Shown here piece by piece: positions 1-11,469 of a stretch of 64,000 nucleotides of DNA. Position 1 is the stretch's first letter; each line of letters begins with the position of its first letter. The DNA lies in NCBI GenBank assembly GCA_965153455.1, contig OZ234493.1:6438213-6502212 (forward strand). Direction: 5' to 3'. Source of the stretch: Sphagnum compactum (lineage: Eukaryota). The position numbers were made by a program, and so were the translations under genes. Under the pieces are notes generated by a model. That model saw only the letters and a program-made list of their open reading frames with translations. It was not told the DNA's origin and did not search any database.

Positions 1-43
1 TTGTTTATAATAATAAATATAAAATAGAAAAATGAAAAATTAT

Positions 44-45
<2 letters not shown>

Positions 46-80
<35 letters not shown>
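46..80. repeat. (TA)n microsatellite
   Basis: Pure TA run seen directly. Confidence 0.95.
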
Positions 81-84
<4 letters not shown>

Positions 85-86
85 CG

Positions 87-736
87 TCAAATACACACAC
101 CTGTGTGCATTATGCACGGGGCTCAAACTTGTTATATATAGTAAAGGACGTCGAGATGAAATGAAGCTTTCCATCCATCCGTCCGTCCGTTATCCGTCCC
201 GTCATCCATCCAAACAGAACAAATATATATTTAAAAAAAGGAAAAAACTAGAAAAAAAATAAAAACAGAAAAACACTTTAACAATTAGAAAATTTTTGTA
301 AACCTTTAAACATGAAACAAAAAAGGGAAATACAGTAAAATAATCTTTTAAAAAAATTAAAAAATAGATGACAAAAAATAAGAAACCAAACAGAGAGCAA
401 AAGAAAGAGAAAAAAAAACCACACTTGAAAAAAAAAATGAGGTTTGTCTTCTTTTTCCAAACTTCAAACCTGCATCTAATCAAACAAAAATAAAAAAGTT
501 TTTTTAATTATTTTTATTATAAAAAATATTAGAAAAATTAGAATTTTTTTGGAAAAGAAAATAGAAACTAAATAAATAGGGAAAAAGAAACACTTTATTT
601 GTATTATACAAAATAATAATAAAAACAGAAAACACATAAAAATAAAAAAGATAAAAGTTTTTAAAAAAAACTAAAACATGAACCAAACATTGTTGAAATA
701 ACACACCTGTGCATTAGGCACGGGGTTCAAACTAGT
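87..736 (+). mobile_element. Non-autonomous Helitron-like unit(s), two tandem 3' termini
   Basis: Two near-identical ends: acacacctgtgtgcattatgcacggggctcaaaCTTG (to 131) and acacacctgtgcattaggcacggggttcaaaCTAG|T (to 735/736). Each has a GC-rich hairpin (cctgtgc-attag-gcacggg, 706-724) a few nt before the end. The second matches the established Helitron CTRR 3' signature; the first is a CTTG variant. The interior is A-rich and non-coding. Confidence 0.6.
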
Positions 737-1715
737 ACATAGGTAAGGGCTGTTTTTAGTACCTATTTACTAACCACCTGTTTGTGGGTATTTTGTAGGT
801 AGGTAGGGAAAAAAGGCATCTGAGCCAACAACCATGGTTAGCTAGGGAACTGGAACCGAACAGAAAATTGTTTCCTGACCACTTACCATTCATCCTTCAT
901 GGTGCGCTTGGTGGGTGCTGGTTCACTGTGACCCCCAGCGGGTGCCGAATAGTACTTGTTGGGAATAACACTAAAAAAATTAAATTCACACAATTTTTAT
1001 GCCATGTAAAGCCCCACAAGCCGAGCTTTAACATATTTGGGCCTGCACTTGGCTTCACCTCACAGGCCCCTTGTTCCGATAAAGAACACCCCCTGGAGCT
1101 TGACCCAACACAAAATGTACCCCCACACAACCCATTTTGACTCTGCACCCCAAATAGAAACCCTGGGAAGGTCTTGGCTCACTCAAGATGGCAAAATGGG
1201 GCCCATCATCCATGATGCACAAAACAACCTGTTTCTGTCATAAATGTCCTCAAATCACCTACCTGACACGAGCCTTGCATAGTATGCAACTGGCTGTGCC
1301 ATAAAACAAAAGTTCTCTTCAGCTTAGTTGACTTCCATTTTCGATACTTTATGGCTATGTTCTGAGCCTTGTGTGTAGTGAAGTGATTTCTTTTCCATCT
1401 TCCCACTGCTGAAGGTGGACAAAACATGGAAACAACAAGTTTTTTGGTTCTTTCCAATCAATGTGGATGTGAAACAAAATATTACCAAGTTCCTCGACTC
1501 TCAACATTTTTGGACAAGGCATCTATGTTGGTACTGATACCACTCTTGTTTGGGTGTAAAACAAGGAGGACCATACACTAGTATGGCCGTCAAGCTGGAT
1601 GCTACCTCTAGCCACTTGTATAGGCACCTACTATTTTCCTATTCACGAATGGTAAAGCCCTCCTGGAGATTTACCAGTGTAAATGTAAAGGGCAGATACA
1701 TAATTTGTGCAATGT

Positions 1716-2032
1716 CCCTCATGCACTTAAGCCCCGTCCAATAAGTTCTTACTTCTTACAAATGTACAGAGGGAAAGTATGTTTTGCAATTTCCCTCCAT
1801 ATGTACATAAGAACCCACCACCCTCATGCACTTAAGGCCCTCTCCAGCGGGTTCTTAGTTCTTACACTTGTACAAAGGGAAAGTATGTTTTGTAATTTCC
1901 CTCCATTCGTACATAAGAACCCACCACCCTCATGCACTTAAGGCCCTCTCCAGCGGGTTCTTAGTTCTTACACATGTACAAAGGGAAAGTATGTTTTGTA
2001 ATTTCCCTCCATACGTACATAGGAATCCACCC
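1716..2032. repeat. Tandem repeat, ~105-106 bp x3
   Basis: Unit ccctcatgcacttaag...gggaaagtatgttttg...gtacataagaacccacca starts at 1716, 1821 and 1927. Confidence 0.9.
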
Positions 2033-3397
2033 TGCTATCAATGAATCATTACCATCCATGCAGGAGAATCCAGCCATTGAGCTTTACATAATAATGCCCT
2101 CAGAACACTTGGCACTGCCAACATTTGGGCCTTTCCTCGGCTCTCACCTTGGGCAACAGGCCCTTGTTTTGGGAATGCCTTGTCCCTTGAGCCTTACCTA
2201 CCATGTAAAGCATTGGCCAAAAAGCTTTAGTGTATTAGAGGGCATGTTATAAGCAGAATTTTTTCCTCTGCAAAAGGGTCAGGTGTTTTTTTTTGGAAAT
2301 GCCTCACCTCTTTTTGTTCATAACCCCTCAAAAAATTCGTAAATATTACTCTGTTTCTTTTAGAGTTACAAGATGATTTGTAGAGCTTAAGATGATGATT
2401 TCAGAGCAGTTTAAATCGCTCAATTTGAAAAACCCCCCCCCCAAATAAAAAGAAAAAGTTATGCACTGATGAAGTAGGAGGGGTCAAAATGAAAGAAACG
2501 TGTTTTGCAATTCAAAAAAAAAAGTATTTTCTTTACTGCTCTTTCTGGGCTGCTCCTTTGGCTTTGCAATTTTAAAGAGTTTGAGAATGCGCTCCTACAA
2601 CATTTTAAATCACTCAAAATGGAGAAGAATTGAGAAAGATCTGCCAAAGTGTTTGGTGATAGGCTAGTGTTTGGTGGGGGGCATGGTTTACCCTACCCTA
2701 CCCAAAATCTCTTGAACTTTGTCTTTGGTAATACCTAAATGCACCTAGATGAGTGAAAGTTTCTAAATGGAGGGGGTGGCTTTAGCCAGAAAGATAGATC
2801 TAGTAGGCCCAATTCAAAACATCTGCACTTAAAAGTACAATTATCTAATAATTGCTTTGAACTAATTCTTTGTTCTATGTTGCAATTTTATGCACGGGAT
2901 GGACAGGAAACTTAAAAACACATGACCATGTACTCTTCAACAGGTGAAATTTGTTTCCCTTGTATGCTCTTTACATGTTCAAAATAGTTGAGCATAAAAT
3001 CCTCCAATAAGCATCATATAGTGTATCTATCTGCATGCACCCTTCTAGAGTGAAAGAACATGTGGGGCATTTTCGAAACTAAAACACGCACTCTTGCAGG
3101 CATTTTGTTTTCTGAAAGGCCTCAACAAAAAAAATTGCAATATTTCAAAAAAATTTACACCCTGCAAAAGCCCTCAGGCCAAGGCCAAGGTCCCATAGTA
3201 GTTACCTTCGCAGCTTGACACTAATTATATCATTTTCCAGAAATGTCGAAATTTCTCGCCCCAAAATTATTTTCCAAAGGAACCAAATTTTCTGGAGAAG
3301 AATATTGATTCGTCAAGAATTTTCCATTTGTTGAAATGAAAATTTCAAACTTAATTAATTATACAACAAACATGTGTGGAAGTTGAGGAGGTACTAC

Positions 3398-3890
3398 AGT
3401 ATGGTGATGTCTGCCACATGCAAAGGTGGTAATAATTTCAAGGATCTTACTATGGGGCCTTTTTTTTAAAAAATATGACCTGAGAACTCTACACAGCTTG
3501 GTAGGTGAACTCTAAACCCTAAACAGAATTTGTCTTCACATATGATTCAAGCTGGTGTGAAATTGTGAGTCTTGGGGAGAATTGTTAGAAAATCAGCTTG
3601 TATGTTTCTACTTGTATGTGAGCCAGGAGTACTATGATTCTGAGTCCCACTCCAGAGTCCATCTTGGAGCTTGTGTCGGCACCCTTGCTGACAAGTGGAT
3701 AACTTGGGAGTGATCAGGATATCATTGATGCCACCATGCCTAATCTTAAACTCTTAGGGATTCGGAATTTTGGAGGTCAGTGTTCAAAAACAGTGGCAAA
3801 ATTTCTACCATCAACAATTTCTACATTTTGCATCTGTGGAGGATAGCCTCCTCCTTTCTGCAAAGCTGTGTGGGAAAGGCAGTAGTCCAA
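3398..3890 (+). pseudogene. PDS: Phytoene desaturase (PDS) C-terminal pseudogene fragment retaining an intron
   Basis: Manual translation across frameshifts gives MSATCK (3407-3424), a GT...AG intron (3426-3626), EYYDSE..SILELVSAP-ADKWITW-SDQDIIDATM (3627-3738) and FASVEDSLLLSAKLCGK-AVVQ|GT (3827-3890). These are collinear with plant PDS motifs as recalled: DMSVTCK|EYYDPN.SMLELVFAPAEEWIS.SDSEIIDATM and YLASMEGAVLSGKLCAQAIVQ|. It has several frameshifts and an internal deletion. Confidence 0.8.
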
Positions 3891-4737
3891 GTAGTCATCT
3901 GCCTCTGTTCCCAAAGTGCTTGAACATCTGAAACACATTCAGTTGAAATATTCAAAATCCAGTTACACAAAAGGAACTCCTCTCACACATGAAAAATTCT
4001 GGACATATGTAATTTTCAAGTACCATTTAAGACTCGAAATTTTGCCTACTCATATCAAATTTTAAAATGTTTCTTGAAGAATATGAAATGAATGGTACGA
4101 GACAATCAAACATTTTACTAAAAAATGTAGCAAGACCAAAAATTAAGTTTAAGAACATGAAAAAGACTTTTTAAAAACAACTGAATTCTTGATCTCTTGG
4201 ACTCATAATAGAGTATATAAGAGGGCCACTTATAGGAGTACTCCACTTGAAGAGTATGTGGATCAATATGTGCAACAAAGGACCTTAAAAAGGCAGAACT
4301 TTTTCAGACTACTAGTCAAAGGGTTAATGACTGTGAAACTTGGTCACTTTATGGTTTTGAATGGCTCAAATAGATTGGCATAATTAAAGCTAAAGCCCAT
4401 AAAGCTAAAAGCCCATAATAAAACTCAATGTGAAGTATCGAACTTTTTTAAATACAGACTGAAAATTTTAATTTAAAAAGGTCCTAAAATTGAAGTGTTA
4501 GTACTCTTTTCATGTACTAGTAGAAGTCATTCCCAATGAGTATACCCCATATTGAATGTGTTACATAATTTTTCTAGTGATATATGTAATTAGTTTCCAG
4601 CTGAATGATGAAGAACACCTCTTCCCATAGGAGAGGGCAAACCCTGCTTGAATACTGCTAAGGAGTTTCAGGTATTCAAGAACTGGAAAGGATCTAACTA
4701 CTGGAGAGGATTGCAACATTACCGTTCTGGAAAACCA

Positions 4738-4902
4738 CTCCTTTGGCACACCACATCCTGAAAGGTCCTCAACAAGGACTCCTTTGGAGAGTTCTCTTAC
4801 CCAAAAGGCCACCCCCACCCGCTCCTTTGCCACACCACATCCTGAAAGGTCCCCATCAAGGACTCCTTTGGATAGTTTTTACCCAAAAGGCCACCCCCAC
4901 CT
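4738..4902. repeat. Tandem duplication, ~84 bp x2
   Basis: ctcctttg(g/c)cacaccacatcctgaaaggtcc...acccaaaaggccacccccacc occurs twice head-to-tail. Confidence 0.9.
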
Positions 4903-5422
4903 GGAGAATCAGCAGATTACATACAGGACTGGGAGCTGTTCAACACAGTATTATACCCCACAATTCATAGCCACAGAACTATGTTTCAACCGTATCACAT
5001 GGAATGCAATCCCACTTTGAGAACTTACTGTAGGCATCATCATTCAGGCATACTTTGTTGCTACATCCTGACCCAAAAAAAAGAGGTAAAATGTCATAAG
5101 ACCAACATATGAGAATAGTACTTGCCTACTGATGACCAAAATGTCTGGAGTCCTGTACCCATATATGACTGCCAGAATTGTCTGGGTCAAGCCGAGAACC
5201 TCTAAAGTGGTCTATCTCAGGCATTGGCTCCATGTTACAGCTGCATGACTACTGCTAGAGGAAGTTAAACAACTCAGTGTCCTACAAAAGTATTTCTTGT
5301 GCTTGCAAAAAATCTGGCTGCTGATGTGACCATGATATGCCCTGAAAAATGATAACCTCAGGCCACTTTTGTGTGGAATTTGAAGTGCTAGACTAATTGC
5401 AAGGAAACTTGCTGAGATGCTC

Positions 5423-8403
5423 CTAGTTATAATCTCTAGCACCAATGGTAACTCGTGCTGCTTGCTTCTTCTGTGCCTTAGTGATCAGGTGTTCTCTAGC
5501 CTGAACTTGCAACTTAATAAGTTCTTTGATATTTTCACGGGCTTTTGCACACATGCGGTCTAATGGTAGGATTGGAAAAGGCTCCTCTATCAGCACCCCA
5601 ACCTGTTAAAACATACACCACAGGATTCATTGTCTCTGTAAGAAGTCAACAAGTCACTCAAAGGTGAGCTGTTGGAACCCACCGCAGGCAGTTGAAGCCG
5701 ATTGCAAATGAATCACACCCATTCATTCCAAACACAATTGCAAGAACAGAATTAAAGAAAAAGATAATAGAGCTTTCCACTGGGAATTCATAGAGTGTTA
5801 TCAATTCTTGCAAAGAGCACACCAGAAACTATGAACACAGATTTGTGACATTATCTGAAACAGCAGTTGTATTGCTGTTTCTCATGAAGTGAAGAGAAGA
5901 GCACAAGAAATGGAAAAAAGAAGCCCAAAAGTTACCTCCTCAATACAAAACAGACAAGCTGCACTGATGAAGGTGGCTGGGATGACCATCAATTTGCAAT
6001 CATCCCACAGGACGACAGGTAGGGTCAAATGCCACAGCACCAGAATCCGGGATGTAAGGCGTGTATAGGAAAGTGGAATTGGAGTCCTGATCAGGCGCTC
6101 ACATACACTAATGCTATCATTGAACTGTGACATGTTCGCATCCTGCATCCCCATGTTGATAACAGCACATCAAGAAAAATTTAATCAGACAAGTTCAGAC
6201 ATCTGGGGACTTTCCTTCCACAACAAGAATTTTGGAGGAGATAAGTTACCTGTTCAACATACTGATGTGATAATGACAAGAAAATGATTGTTTGATGACC
6301 CTAAACCCTAAAATGTACACATGGGTGCATTCACAAACGGTGCTTGGTACAGTATTACTGACCAGAAGGCTCCTCTCACTATCTTGCAACAGGACTTGTC
6401 TGAGAGACTGAGTCATTAGCTGAATCAGACAGTTGGGGCGATGCTCTGAGCACATCACAAGAGCAAGGTCATCTTCATCCAAAATGTCCTTCAGCTCTTG
6501 CCAAGTGTCTGACCCATACAGTAGATGACACTGCAAGAATACAAAAAGTTGCATTAATTGTATACTCCCTTGGCCAGATTGTGACTGTGTTTCATAGGCC
6601 TTTCTCTGCTAGTCTGCAATCACTCAATACATTAGCAATTACACACACTCATACCATTAGAAGAATAAGTATACCTGTCATGGAGAAGAAGAATAGGAAT
6701 ATGTGCCTCCTACCCAGAAAGCCTTATGGTTACTAATGACTGCCTGTTCTATTTGTGGTATAAAGAAGCTAGAGGATGATTTGGCTTCTTACATGGGAAA
6801 TTCCGCAAGATCTGCAGATTTACACTTGGGACCTTGCTGGACATGGCCCTGAACCCCTATGCAATAGATTGGTTTATGGGATTCATGGTCCAACCTTTCT
6901 TGCAGGTAAGACAATTGTGTATCAGTGTGAGGAACTTTATGACCAAGGCAGACTATTTACAGCTTCATCTAGCAGCAAGAAAGCTATCAAAATATGTGCC
7001 ACCTTCTCGAAGATTAGGTGTATGCATGTGAGTGAGAAACACTAAGAATGTTCATACATTCCAGCTTCTTTATGAGGATACCTCAATAGCAACAGGGAAA
7101 AAGGAGGCACAACTCTTTATGGACATCACCAACTTTGTACTGCCAGTTATCTAAGCTGGATAGACAAGAAAGTTGCAAGGACATTTTCAAGGGGGGATAC
7201 AACACTGACAGTTGGATGCACTTTGACACAATATCACAACTCCTACAGTTCTGCATTGGCCATGACAGTTAAATATGAAAGCACAGGAATAGAAGGCAGA
7301 AATACTGGCTCAAGGGATGAAGAATCAGACTCGGGAAAAGAGAAGATGGTGATTCAGAATGCAAAGAAGGCTGCCATTTGTCCCAAAACAGGAAGAAATG
7401 AACACAACAAAACAAAACGATGTTGGAATGTAGACGGAGAGAATCAGAGTAATTGTTTCACCTTGAGAGCAACAGGGAAGGCTTCAATGTACCGCAGCAG
7501 AAACTCCTTTTGATTGGAGTCTTCAGGTTCTTGGATCCATGCTACTGATTGGCGAGCCAAGTCCTTGGTGCTGCTGATCACTTTGGTCCAGGTTTTGCGA
7601 GCTTCATCATATCGAGAATATGAAGCTTCTGTCCGAAACACTAGAAGTAACGCCAGGGCAGGAGCACTCAACTCATAAGGCAGAGCCGATGCATGCAGCA
7701 GTGAGAAGTATGGAGGTAGCAATCCAGTGGAGATAGCACTATTATATGCCGCTATTACAGAGGCGATCAATGTGATTATTCCAACAGGGGGACCTAGAGA
7801 GAGAATGACACGGGAAGATAAGCTTGAAAGGAAATGCCGGGCATGTCTTGTCGAGCTTCGATGCCGCAACCAGTCATCGTGAGTGTAAAATGTTCTCCTC
7901 TTATGCATCCCCCTCTCGGCTACGGCATCGGCCCAGGCAGGGATATTCATGAAGGCTTTCACAGCATTCAGATCGCGCAAACCTAACTGGATTGGCTGCT
8001 CCTCGGGAGTTGAGGCAAGTTGAGCTTTTTCCATTTCTGAAACAGAGGGGAGGCTCCCGTTTGTCCTCTTCCCTGCACGGGAACAGACAGAAGGCTCGCT
8101 AAAGTATTCTTTTTTTGCACTGAACGCAGCAGACTGTTTCTCTACCTCCATGCTTTCCAGCCTACCGAAACTCGGCCTGTCGTTGGACAGCTTTGTCGCA
8201 GCCATATCGTTCCTTTCGCAAACAACAAGCTGAGCAGGACGACTTCTCCATGAGCACGACGATGCAGATGACCTGAGTGCGGATCGAGAGAGAGGCAATT
8301 GAAAGAAATACCTCTTCAAAACTACTTTACTGCTATAGCTTGACCCCTGCTGCAGTAGCGTAGAATCACCAGCTACTACGCAACCAAAAACCTCACACTG
8401 CAT
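5423..8403 (-). CDS. VCCN: Bestrophin-like (UPF0187) thylakoid voltage-dependent chloride channel, VCCN family, 498 aa
   Basis: Exons 8403-7462, 6530-6363, 6142-5936, 5602-5423, all GT-AG and phase 0. Motifs HDDWLRHRSSTRH, LLLVFRTEASYSRYDEAR, CERLIRTPIPLSYTRLTSR and IEEVGVLIEEPF. The Ser/Arg-rich N-terminus resembles a plastid transit peptide. Confidence 0.93.
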
Positions 8404-9036
8404 TGTTGCATAAGCTGAGAGATACTGCTGCTCAAATTTGTAAATAGACGGGAAAAAAACACCTCACATCACGACACAACTCACAAAACAAGTCCTAATG
8501 TGTACAAAACCAGGAAGCACCGACTGCAGAAAATCCTTGCTTCTCTTCTTGAACGCAATGTTATCCCGATACGCGATCCTACAGAGGGAAAGCGCAAGAA
8601 TAGCACGATGGTTGCTTCTAGCTCCAATAGACAAAGAAACAGTCGGGTGTCAACCAAAATCATGAAACAACGAACTCAGAAAAAAAATCCTAAACCGGAA
8701 AGGACTATTAGTAGCAGAAAACTCTGAGTTCTCTTGGACGCAGAATCGTCCCGATAGACGATCCGATCAAGCGACAGCGCAAATCCAAGTAGATGGATGG
8801 TTCCAGATACTACAACAGACAACAGCAGTACAACAGATCGATGCACAAAGATCCAAAATCCGCGGAATCAGAATCAGGAAGGAGCGACTAAAGAAAACTC
8901 CATTGCAATAAAGAATTGAAGTTGAGACACACGCATGCTCTTTTGGATGACATTCTCCGCCAGTTTTCCGGAAAAAACTAGAGAGAAATTGAACACTCTT
9001 TCAGAAACTGTCAGAAATTGATCTCTCCTGCACCTC

Positions 9037-9148
9037 AAAAGCTTGCCAACAAACACAAAAGCTCCCGCGCCCGTCCGCCCGCCCGCCAATAGAAACGCCT
9101 TAAAAGCTTGCCAACGAACACAAACATTCTCGCATCCGCCAATAGAAA
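9037..9148. promoter_or_regulatory. Duplicated GC-rich/CCAAT-containing segment upstream of the VCCN gene
   Basis: aaaagcttgccaac(a/g)aacacaaa...ccgCCAATagaaa occurs twice in tandem ~650-750 bp upstream of the ATG. A promoter role is inference. Confidence 0.4.
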
Positions 9149-10329
9149 GGAGAAACTCTGCAACATGAACTTCCAGAAATGGAAGCCGTCGTCGCTACAA
9201 GAAACGACAAAAAAAAAACCTTAAAAAGCGGAAACAAAAGAGCGAGGACACAAGGAGTCTAGACTCTAGAAACACTTCCTACACAACAAGCAAGCATGCT
9301 CCACCACCACAAGCAAAGTCCGTGGTCACCTAACCCTAAAATCAAGGAGACCAAAAAAGTACCCACGTACCAACTTGGACCAAAAATTGGCACCAAAAGT
9401 GGCCGCGTGCAAATTTTTATATATATTAACCCCAAAATGCTTTGCTTCACAGGCCTAAAATTATTATAAATAATTTATTATTATTAAATAATAATTTTTT
9501 TACTTTCCATTCAACACTATTAGCATGTTTTGTGTGATTTTTCTTTTCATATGCAATTGATTCTTGATTGTTGGAAGTGGGAATCACATTTTTTTATTAT
9601 TCATAAAATAATAAATAAATAAATAAAGAAAGCTCTTTTGATTTATGATGATCTTTGAGTTGCATAGGGCTTTTTTTTAAAAGCTTTCAAAATGGTCTAT
9701 TTGATTGGGAATTTTCAAGTAGATTTGGGTGAAGTTTTGATCACATAAAGTGCATGGATTGTGAGTCTCTAGTTGTTTAGTTGGTGAACCTTATTGTTTT
9801 GCACTCAACATTGCACCATTGAGGAGGGTGATGAGATCATAGGTGAGTGAGTAACAAGGGGTTAACTCTTTAAACTAATTTATGAGTTAACTTAGGAGTT
9901 CTAGCATATTGGGAGCCCTTCAAAGTTGTTACCCATTTTCAATCATTCTCACATTCACATTCCAAATATTGGAAGGTTTCATTCTTACTTGAAAAATTGG
10001 GTTGAATGTTTGCATTACTTGGTCATTGTGATAATTGGCATATTAGGATGCAACCCTAGTGCATTGTCAAAAGACTTTTGTTGGTCGGTGAAACCTTAAG
10101 ATTCAATCTTGAATAGCACTTGCCCAAATCCTTTGTGTTCAATCTAACTTTGCTATATAATTAACCTTCACTTGATTTTGGCTTAATTTTTAATAGAAGA
10201 TTCGAAGTGTGTAAATTTTGAATCCATCGATTGGATTTGTAATTAGATGAATAACTAAATAGATCAAACCATCTTTTTAACTAAAACTTCAAATGGTTAG
10301 AGATAAAATGGTTGTGAAAAGGGCTTAAA

Positions 10330-10460
10330 GGTTCTCTTAACCTTTGAATGTCACAAAAGACCAATTTGGTTTGTCACCTTCCTAGCTAGAAACAATGGCT
10401 TCAAAGTCTAACATACACGGCTTATAGTTGCCCACCATTTCGATGAGAGTTTCCTATCAC
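10330..10460 (-). mobile_element. Possible highly decayed hAT dimerisation-domain relic
   Basis: Minus strand reads KWWAT...NWSF...KR across frameshifts, resembling hAT WW...ERNWS...KRNRL. Weak. Confidence 0.3.
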
Positions 10461-10826
10461 TAGCTACCCATTATAGAACTTTTATAAATTGCCCAACATG
10501 ATAGGAAGCTTTGTGGAGTTTTATACAACATCAACATGAAAGTCAATGAGAAGTTTTGTTACTCAATCAAAGTTTTGTTAATCAATATAAGAGTCAAATC
10601 AAATGGAGTTATGGGACATGAACAAGGGTTGAACCTTTGCACATTGTCCAAAAAGAATCAAGATTTCTTTGTTTGCATGTAAATGCTTCTTTCAACTCTG
10701 ACATCTCATCTCTTTTTCATCCCAAGTTCAAATGCTTCTTTTTTTTTCCACCACACTCATATGAATGCATTTTACTTACCTTTGAAATTTTGAATTCAAT
10801 GAAAAAAGGTAAGAGGATCAAATTTT

Positions 10827-11469
10827 AGGTGAATGCATGAATGAGTGGACCAAAAATGGCACATGATAACATTCTCATAAGTCCATTTTTCTGGTATTTT
10901 TTTCAAGCTTTAGAATGACTAAATAGTTAAATAGTAATAATCCAATCAATTTCAAAATATTTTTTCCATATTTGAAATTTCCCAACTAGAAAATATTATT
11001 CTGTACATGTGTGCTCAAAATGATATTTTCTAGTTGGGAAATTACATGTATGCACAAATTCAAGATTAAAAACATGTTTTTTAACATTATATTTTTTTTT
11101 GAAAAAAATCAATTTTGACCATTAAAAAGTTCATAACAATAGTTTTATGAAATATATTGTTCAAAAGGATTTCATTTTTAGATTCCTCATGATTTTCTAC
11201 AAAGGATAATGAATCCCTATTAAAACTTTCACAACAATATCCACACAAAACAAAGTTGATATACAAATCCAAAATTATATTTATATTCCATGTGTTGTAA
11301 TACAAAAGTTCGCCCACTTAACTTAAAATCATTAATTAACTGATAACATGATCACACATGTCTATTGGATAGAATATCAATTATAATACAAACCAAAAGG
11401 TTTTGAACAAAATCAATTTGAAAAAATTGCAATGCAACAATATTGGTCCACTCATTCACGCATTCACCT
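10827..11469. mobile_element. MITE with ~27-bp TIRs
   Basis: aggtgaatgcatgaatgagtggaccaa (10827-10853) and ttggtccactcattcacgcattcacct (11443-11469) are reverse complements with 1 mismatch. The interior is AT-rich and non-coding. No clean TSD resolved. Confidence 0.85.

Noticed and set aside
32..704. Phe/Lys-rich short ORFs
   Set aside because: Artefacts of A/T homopolymer-rich Helitron-like DNA.
1716..2032. CRISPR-like array
   Set aside because: Contiguous tandem units with no unique spacers, eukaryotic context, no cas genes.
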